64,000 nucleotides of DNA from Escherichia coli (GTDB taxonomy: Bacteria > Pseudomonadota > Gammaproteobacteria > Enterobacterales > Enterobacteriaceae), in assembly GCF_024298765.1 (NCBI RefSeq), contig NZ_CP101210.1. One strand, given 5' to 3'. Position 1 is the stretch's first letter, and each line of letters opens with the position of its first letter. The notes beneath the pieces are model-generated. The model had not been told where the DNA came from. It made no database searches and saw only the letters and a list, made by a program, of their open reading frames with translations. A program made the position numbers and the translations under genes. Shown in pieces: positions 56,729-64,000 of the stretch.

Positions 56729-56859
56729 GTCGATCAGGGGATCGTCGGCACGCAGCAACACGCAGTCGTGGCCTGTCATTGAGGTCAACATGGTCAGAAT
56801 ATCCTCTGTGAGATTTATGAAGGTTGTGCGAATGCGGGGAAAGGTGCTGAGCCGTATTC

Positions 56860-57435
56860 TCAGAACGGTCCTGCAGATCCGGGATAGCCGGGATTACCGG
56901 CGAGGCAACGGGCTTCCGGATCGCACACACCACGACGATCGCGGGCGAAATCACTGAACGCCCAGATCAAATCTTTGAGGATGTCTTCGCAGTCCGGTGA
57001 ACGACTGTCCAGCACCACATCCCGGGTTATCTGTTTCTGGTACGGTGCCGCTTCCCCCGGTGACGCGAAGCCCAGTACGTTGCTCCAGGCATCCAGAATC
57101 AGCCGGTCCAGTTCGGGGCCGTCGAAATACTCCTGTCTGACGCACAGCACCACGTGGTATTCCGGCTTTTCCGGATGACGGGTCAGGAGCCAGCAAAGGT
57201 CGCGTCCGGGTTTCGCATTCATCAGCGCACTGACGGTTTCGATAAAATCCATACCAAACCAGGTCTGTCTGCTGTTGAAGGCGTTGTCATGTTCCCACGG
57301 CAGACGAAGCAGGATCCGCCGTATCCGTGAGCCGGACTGCTCACGCAGCGCACGCTCAAGGACGCCGATGACTTTGTTCTGATAAGATGGCCAGAAGGGT
57401 GCCAGGCTATAGTCGAAATAAGGAATAGCATTCAT
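56860..57435 (-). CDS. YfjJ/YagK (inovirus Gp2-like) family protein
   Basis: ORF track 56860..57567; start at MNAIPYFDYSLAPFW gives about 191 aa; downstream of alpA as in CP4-57-type islands. Confidence 0.6.
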   Translation of the reverse strand: MNAIPYFDYSLAPFWPSYQNKVIGVLERALREQSGSRIRRILLRLPWEHDNAFNSRQTWFGMDFIETVSALMNAKPGRDLCWLLTRHPEKPEYHVVLCVRQEYFDGPELDRLILDAWSNVLGFASPGEAAPYQKQITRDVVLDSRSPDCEDILKDLIWAFSDFARDRRGVCDPEARCLAGNPGYPGSAGPF

Positions 57436-57681
57436 AAGATATGTTCCGTTATGCGCAGCCCACAATGCGTCCTGCCCGTGAATGAGCTGACGTGTTATGG
57501 CTTGCGGATGAGATTGATGGAATAAGTGAAGAACTGAAGCAGAACGGGAAGATAAGGGACAGAACACCGGATTCAGGTTCAGGATGAATGATCTCCGTTG
57601 ACTTCAGTTCACATCATTAATCAATGCGGTAAGTTTTTACCGACGGAGTGTTTCCAGGAGCGGAGGCTCAGGCCTTAAGCT

Positions 57682-58248
57682 TCAGAAGTGAGGCTTACGA
57701 GGACGCCCTGCAGCAGGACGTTCAGGAACTTCATTGCAGCCGTAGGCACACAGCCCGTCTTTTTGTTCTTCTTTCGCCAGATAATGCAGGGCACCGCGAA
57801 TATTATCGATGCTTTCAGGATCGTTGTGGCGCACAGGAATGTTGATGTTGTATGCATAATGCGGCTGATATGTACAGCGGTGCGCCGAACCACAGTTATA
57901 CGTAATTGCCTGCCAGCATTCCGCTATCCGCTCCGCAAAGGGATATATTTTTTTAACCCTCTGACGATCGATCCAGAAAACGACATGCGCATGAAAACCA
58001 TGATCAGCCGTCCATTCAATCACCCAGAAGAAACCAACGATATTTTCAAATTGTTCCACCTGCTCCAGCAGCATACGCAACTGTAATTCAAGCCAGCGAT
58101 GATCAGGTTGTAAGAAATCGGGCGTATCTTTCCTGTAGAAGAAATCCATCCGTAAGGCCCGCAGGCAGGAATAGCGTGCCATCATTTGATTGATGTGATT
58201 GTCAAGTAAAGCGGTAAAAAACCAGTTTGGTGTGTAAGATTTAGGCAT
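57682..58248 (-). CDS. YfjJ/YagK (inovirus Gp2-like) family protein
   Basis: 188-aa ORF MPKSYTPNWFFTALLDNHINQMMARYSCLRALRMDFFYRKD...; paralogue of 56860..57435 and 61862..62593. Confidence 0.6.
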   Translation of the reverse strand: MPKSYTPNWFFTALLDNHINQMMARYSCLRALRMDFFYRKDTPDFLQPDHRWLELQLRMLLEQVEQFENIVGFFWVIEWTADHGFHAHVVFWIDRQRVKKIYPFAERIAECWQAITYNCGSAHRCTYQPHYAYNINIPVRHNDPESIDNIRGALHYLAKEEQKDGLCAYGCNEVPERPAAGRPRKPHF

Positions 58249-59665
58249 GTTGATGACTCCTGAAAGTTAATGATGTTTTAAGCTCTGTGAGCGAATTAAT
58301 GCTTTCGCTCATAATCAGATCTAAAACGGTAATAACTTACAGATGGTATTTATCAGGCATGCTGTAACAGAATGGATACGACGGATTATTAACGACACAC
58401 AGCGTTGTGCTGAAGGGTATGAGTTATCTGATGGCATTGTCTATAGAGATGAGATAAACGAGGTGCGAAGAAAATACAGATTCAATACAACACAGTGAAA
58501 TACAGAAAAATACGAACTGTAATCCCGCTGCCAGGCGGTTAGGAAACATATTACAACTATAAGCTCATGATTTGTAAATTTGCTCTCAGTGAGTCTGAAA
58601 AAACGTTTATAAGGTCACCACAATAAACTCACACGCGCTTATTCAATCTGTTTTCCAGGATATGAACGTTAACGACACACGATAGCATAAGACAACATAC
58701 AATGGATGAATAATTTTCACCCAGTACCTTAAACAATACAACCGGCAACAAATATAATCAGAAATTCACTCTGTTAATTCTGTTGTTTATCCTGCGCTGT
58801 TAAACATGACGGAATCATGGATACCTTATCAAAGAGTAAACATTCAGTTAATCTGTGATGACAGAGAAATTGTTTCCAACCAGAATAGTTAAAACACTTC
58901 AGATAAACAATCATTGTTAAGCAAATACAGTTCATGATGGATAAGATTAAAATCAATTGCTGTTTCACTGAAAATGAGAACAGATGGATATCAGCAATAG
59001 CGTAGTAGAGAATAACTTATCCGAACATCATATGAGTTACAGTAATTATGATTGAGGGGGATGGAGTGGATACGATAACAAGAGTAAATAAAGACAGAGT
59101 AAAAGTAAAGGGCAAGTGTAATAATAGTAATAAACCTAAATTAAAATTATCCATGTTTGATGTAAAAATAATAATATACTGACAACCATGAAGGTAAGAA
59201 AAAGAGAGTGCAGGTATCAGGAAGATCTCAGGATATGAAGATTCCCACAGCACAGATTTAAAATTAGTCGAATATAATAAATTTAAAAACCTTAATTAAA
59301 ATGTAATCTCATCCATGGTTAACATGCTCCTGAAAAGGAAAGTTACAAATACCGTATGCTACCAACTAATTACAACAATGATATATGTACATTCAGTAAG
59401 AATACAGATAAAATATTAATACCAACTTCCAGTATCAAGATCGTATCGCGAACTTCAGATGCGCTATGAGGCAGTTCAATTTTTAACTTTCGTTTTCCTC
59501 TTCCTCCCTGGCTTCATATGCATAAGCGACTTGAAAGACCCGATGATAGTTACAATTTCAGGTTGTGGCATGACGATCAATTTGTAACTGAAACAATGAA
59601 CGGTAACGCTGCCATATAAACATCAAAATGCGAGCATTACAGCGACATTGAACCGATTAGATGTA

Positions 59666-60406
59666 TCACTCATAATCAGAACAAGATGATGTATCCTGAG
59701 ATATAAGAAAATCATCAAGAGAACCTCCGGCTTTTATTGCTTCTGCAATAACATTAGGCCGACGACCTTGTCCACTCCAGTACATTGTTTGACCGTTATA
59801 CTCATATCTGTATTTATGCCCTCCTGACACACTTTTTCTGCCTGCCTGTAATTTTTTGCCAAATTCACGTTCGTCGATCATGGTAATGATATAGCGACGC
59901 ATTTCACCCATTCTGAGCTCAATGGCGTCCATCCCAATGAGCTCACCGGTCTTTACCAGACGGTAGTGCTTTGGCCGGTGGGGTTTGGCGGTTCGCTTTT
60001 TGACAAGCAGAGCCTTACCCCGCGAGCTCAGACGTACTGGTACCATCCGCATTTTATCGTGTGCGGTGGCGATCATTCTGCCGATGGTGGAAACACTCGG
60101 GCAGGTCAGATGGCGCTGTGCGCACCAGGGCTTCAGGCGAACAAAAATCTGCTCTTTACCGAGGTTTGGCAGCTCTGTCCTGAGGCGTCGAATCTCTTTC
60201 AGCACATCGGGATGCCAGTGCTTTTTTCGTCGCACCAGAGGTGCCTTACTGTGCGGGATTAGCCCCTCAGGTCCTCCCTTGTTCAGTAACTGACGCCACC
60301 AGTAAAGCGTGCGGCAGGACACGCCAAAGGCTTCAGAAGCCGCAGAAATACCGTGTTTATCCCAGAAGTGCAGAGCCTTCATTCTCATTGTTGCTATATC
60401 AGCCAT
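59666..60406 (-). pseudogene. transposase-like gene fragment (HTH plus start of integrase core), probably degenerate
   Basis: ORF track 59666..60421; HTH region (FGVSCRTLYWWRQLL) then partial rve-like start (GMDAIELRMGEMRRYIITMID) but no complete catalytic core. Confidence 0.4.
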
Positions 60407-60899
60407 CACTGAAAGCCTCAACGCATAATCGGCCGTTTAGGATAGCCAACCATCAGATGCTGCATTTGCATAGTGCAATCTCCCCTTACTTATCCGGAGG
60501 CAATTGCAATATCTCTGTGAACTTACACACAGGTATAATCAATAAGGGCGTACGGAGATTGCCCGTTATTGCTGCAGGATCGGCAGACTGGTTCCCGTCC
60601 TTGCGCATATAACTGTACAACCACAGAGAAAAGCATCAATGCACGCTTTATGTTGCGTCAGGGCAGCGAACGACTCCTTTTGTTGACGACACATATCACC
60701 TTCTGTACTGCCAATTATGGCATTCAGCGTCTCCCCGAGTTTTAAGCTCCTGCTCTTACGAACCAGCGACAAGCAATAAATAACTATGGCAATGAATCTA
60801 ATAACAGCATAAATATGAGACTCATCGATACTCATCGTGATTAGTATAATCGGGGCAGAATTATATTCACTGTCTGATTTATTATTGAGTTAAATATAA

Positions 60900-61352
60900 T
60901 TAAAGTGTTCTCAAAAGTCTGGCTGGATTACCGGCATACACGCCTTTTACCAGCACGGGCTTTGTAACCACACTACCAGCACCAATCACTGCTCCACTGC
61001 AAATTTCTGTGGTTAAAATGGTCGCTCCGCTACCCACTGTTACAGTGTTACCTAATACGATGCGTATCCAGCTTTCTGCAGAGGCATCGGGACCACCACA
61101 CTTAAAAAGATCATTAGCAAAAGTTACGCCATGACCGATGAAACAGCCATCACCTAAAATGACGTTCTCACAGATGAAACTGTGGGACTGAATTCGGCTC
61201 CGGTTGCCAATGATACATCCCTTCTGTATTTCCACAAAGGGACCGATAAAAACATCATCCCCCAGTTCACATTCATAGAGGTTTACTGGCATGACGACTT
61301 TCACATTTTCACCAAATTTCACATCACGAATGCGGCTGTCAATAACGTTCAT
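60900..61352 (-). CDS. hexapeptide-repeat (left-handed beta-helix) acetyltransferase
   Basis: 150-aa ORF with tandem [LIV]-G-x-x-x-x hexapeptide repeats (IGDGCFIGHGVTF, LGNTVTVGSGATI, SGAVIGAGSVV). Confidence 0.75.
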   Translation of the reverse strand: MNVIDSRIRDVKFGENVKVVMPVNLYECELGDDVFIGPFVEIQKGCIIGNRSRIQSHSFICENVILGDGCFIGHGVTFANDLFKCGGPDASAESWIRIVLGNTVTVGSGATILTTEICSGAVIGAGSVVTKPVLVKGVYAGNPARLLRTL

Positions 61353-61861
61353 ATCCGTTGTATCCTCCCTCAGGATGATTCTTATCAGAACATTTCACCT
61401 GTCAGAATATTCCCGGTAATGTGATACAAGAGCCAGTCTCACCGGGTACCATGTGTTATTGCTCGTATCCTTTTGCCCGTTACGAGTGTACAACCGGTTT
61501 TATATTTTGCAATCCAGGCCTGTTACACCAGAGCATCCTCTCACTGCCCCCTCACTGGTCAATCCGGGATTCAAAGTCATCCTCCAGCACTAAACCCCAT
61601 ACCAGTCCTGAACCTTCCCTCGCCAGCAGCCAGACTCCTACTGTTCACCACAATCCTCTTCCGTGAATGGCCGTAAGTGCGCAGCACCAAAATAAATCGG
61701 TACTTCCGATGACAGACAGTGAAAGCGTCAGAGAAATATGAACATGAGAATGGAAGCAGATACATGACTTCAGGACGACTTTTTCAGAAAACGAGCTAAG
61801 GGCGTCAGCCAACGACCTTACCGTGGTATACGCTCAGGCGCCGGATGCCGTTTTACCCGGT

Positions 61862-62593
61862 TCACCTGCCATCCAGCAAACGCCCCGGCCCACGACTGCA
61901 ACCATAATTACGTTGCCCGGAACCGTCATGCTGCTTCGTCTCATATTTCACGAGATAACTGGCTCTGTTCCGGGCTTTCTGCATCGCTTCCACATCACCA
62001 CGCTTGATCCAGAGAACAGCGGCTTCACCAGACTTTTTGTCTGAAGCCTTCCAGGTATCAGAACATCCACCCGACAAAGGCGTGTCATCGGAAGAAGGGC
62101 GAACATCAGACGATGCTGGTTTACGGGAAGGCGTCCACCTGGAAAAATGGACCAGGCCATCGCCTTGCCAGGGCTCAAGATGCAGGGCGCTGCACCATGC
62201 CTCCTGGATCATCGTCGCCAGCGAAGACGGTTCGCTGAAATCCCCGAGCGAGCACCAGGTATCTTTGTTGAGCAGTAATATCACGTGATAATGTTTCCTG
62301 CCATACATCTTGCCGAACTCCCGGCACCAGAAATAACCCAGGCTGGTTGCATGCACACGCTGATTGGCACATCTTTTTTTCCGCTGGTAAGCCTGAATTT
62401 TGGCTTTCAGGGATGCAAAAAAACGAGAAATCACCGCTGAATCCGGATCGGGATCCATGATGGTGACAGGCATATACTCAGGGAAACGTAAATCCACCCG
62501 GATTAACGAGACGGCACGGTGCTGCGCCAGGGCACTGTCGAGAAGGCTGTCAAAACGGGATAACCAGTAAGCATTGTGTATTGGTTGATTCAT
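61862..62593 (-). CDS. YfjJ/YagK (inovirus Gp2-like) family protein
   Basis: 243-aa ORF MNQPIHNAYWLSRFDSLLDSALAQHRAVSLIRVDLRFPEY...; CP4-like island backbone family. Confidence 0.6.
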   Translation of the reverse strand: MNQPIHNAYWLSRFDSLLDSALAQHRAVSLIRVDLRFPEYMPVTIMDPDPDSAVISRFFASLKAKIQAYQRKKRCANQRVHATSLGYFWCREFGKMYGRKHYHVILLLNKDTWCSLGDFSEPSSLATMIQEAWCSALHLEPWQGDGLVHFSRWTPSRKPASSDVRPSSDDTPLSGGCSDTWKASDKKSGEAAVLWIKRGDVEAMQKARNRASYLVKYETKQHDGSGQRNYGCSRGPGRLLDGR

Positions 62594-62984
62594 GATGAGA
62601 GATCTCCGTTGATTTGGATTGACTTCACATCATTAATCAACGCAGTAAAACTTTACGGCATCCGACATTGAGCAATACTACAACTCTCTGATTAAGAGTG
62701 ATTGAAACGGAACAAACCATCCCGGAACGAAAAGATAATCCTGCACACAGCAGCAAAATACGCAACAACAGCATGAATGGATTTAAAAACGACATGGACG
62801 ACGAGAAAAGTCTGAAGGGAAAAGGAGCCACAGAACATTCGAACAAAACACCAGAAATGCAACCAGAACGCTTCCTGGCAATGCAAATCAACAACAACGC
62901 CAAAACCTACAACTTAATCACACAACTCAATCACGGATGCGAATGACACGCTTAAAACCTGTTTACAGATAACGCCGTAACACG

Positions 62985-63026
62985 ATCATCACCATCACCA
63001 TCACCATCACCATCACCATCACCATC
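62985..63026. repeat. hexanucleotide microsatellite (ATCACC/CATCAC) of about 6.7 units
   Basis: Perfect tandem atcacc repeats 62988..63023 with partial flanking units; not in any long ORF. Confidence 0.9.
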
Positions 63027-63460
63027 AGAATCGATTTTCTCATCCCGAAAATGTTACGTTTCACTACGCACCATAAAAACGATTAACCATCGATAACGTA
63101 AATCTCATCTGAATCAAAACACCAAAACCGTTCATCACACTTTCGCAATGCAAGAAGAAACCTCATGACAAAAAGAATGACCTTACACGGAAAAGAAAAA
63201 CGTCAGGAATCGTTAATGCCTCAATCTGATTGTTATCAAAACATCCAGAAAGTCGTTTAACAGAATCGTCGTAAGCACATCGAAAAGAACGTCAGATTAC
63301 TTCAGGAAAGTTCGGGTTGATTTAGCGTAAAGATACTTTTCTCAAGCTAACGTCGAAACTCGAAATCTCAGGAAAGGTTAAACGTAACATCAGTAAAATC
63401 GAATAGCAGATTGATTGCTTAAACAGAAAGGTTTTACAGCAGCATTAAACTGATTTAGTT

Positions 63461-63494
63461 AACGTAAAGATTTACTAAACGTAAAGATTTACTA
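63461..63494. repeat. two perfect tandem copies of a 17-bp unit (acgtaaagatttactaa)
   Basis: Direct tandem duplication; related copies (ttagcgtaaagatac, ttagttaacgtaaagat) nearby at about 63316 and 63455. Confidence 0.85.
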
Positions 63495-64000
63495 AACTGG
63501 ATGTGTATCAGATCAAACAATGTGTACAGCAATGCTTAATGAAAATACTTGTAGAATTGTTTATGAGAAAGCGTGTATAACACTTACTGAAATGCTTAGT
63601 TAAATACGTGTATGTTTGGTAAAACACTTAAGTAAAATACGTGTATAGTACCATTCCCGACATTCTCAACATCTTCAGACATCCATGCAGACTGAGTGTT
63701 GATTTCAGTTTTTCACGGCCAGCATGGATCTTTACTGTTTAAAAAACATACAGATTTACTCTGAAATTATTTACCCAGGCCTCCCTGAAAAGACCATCCG
63801 GAGCATCCCGTTCGTCAGCTTCCATGTTGTCTTTTACCCCGGAAAGTGATCGCATTTTCCAGCCAGAATGACAGCCATACTGATTATGACGTCTCTCCGG
63901 CCCCTTCACATATAACATTCATGTCAGTCATTTCTTACTGCCTCACTCACCGGAATTCTCCATGCCGGATGAAGCAATTGTTCTGAACTGAGCAGAAGCA

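Noticed and set aside
62981-63060. Poly-His coding stretch or his-leader-like attenuator peptide over the CATCAC repeat
   Set aside because: The His-encoding frame has a TAA immediately upstream and no start codon; no leader-peptide/terminator architecture; treated as a non-coding microsatellite.
62985-63500. Possible CRISPR array from the repeated units
   Set aside because: Repeats are simple tandem units without regularly spaced unique spacers; no cas genes in the window.

Overview
Enterobacterial (Escherichia coli-like) chromosome. Positions 1-13050 are conserved core genes in reverse K-12 orientation: epmB, yjeJ, yjeI, groL, groS, yjeH, fxsA, aspA, dcuA, cutA, dsbD, yjdC and tRNA-Phe (pheU-type). 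Directly 3-prime of the tRNA a P4-type integrase opens a large composite genomic island that runs to the end of the window (>50 kb, distal boundary not in view). The island carries, in order: a single-gene SF1 helicase plus PLD nuclease (the strongest candidate for a defence system, Mokosh type II-like); an EptA-like phosphoethanolamine transferase with an outer-membrane beta-barrel gene; a Tat-secreted PhoX-like phosphatase; nested IS debris (IS911, IS3-family, IS66-family, IS1, IS3); a type I restriction-modification operon (hsdRMS) whose downstream ATPase gene is cut by IS3; a 5-prime-truncated cdiA-CT/cdiI toxin-immunity module; a siderophore-microcin cluster (microcin H47 genes with IroB/IroD homologues and two further double-glycine, Ser-rich precursors I could not match to a named microcin); and CP4-like backbone genes (AlpA, four YfjJ/Gp2-family paralogues). 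No rRNA genes or CRISPR arrays were seen. All calls rest on reading the supplied ORF translations and sequence motifs against remembered protein families; no database search was run, so family names are recollection and inference.
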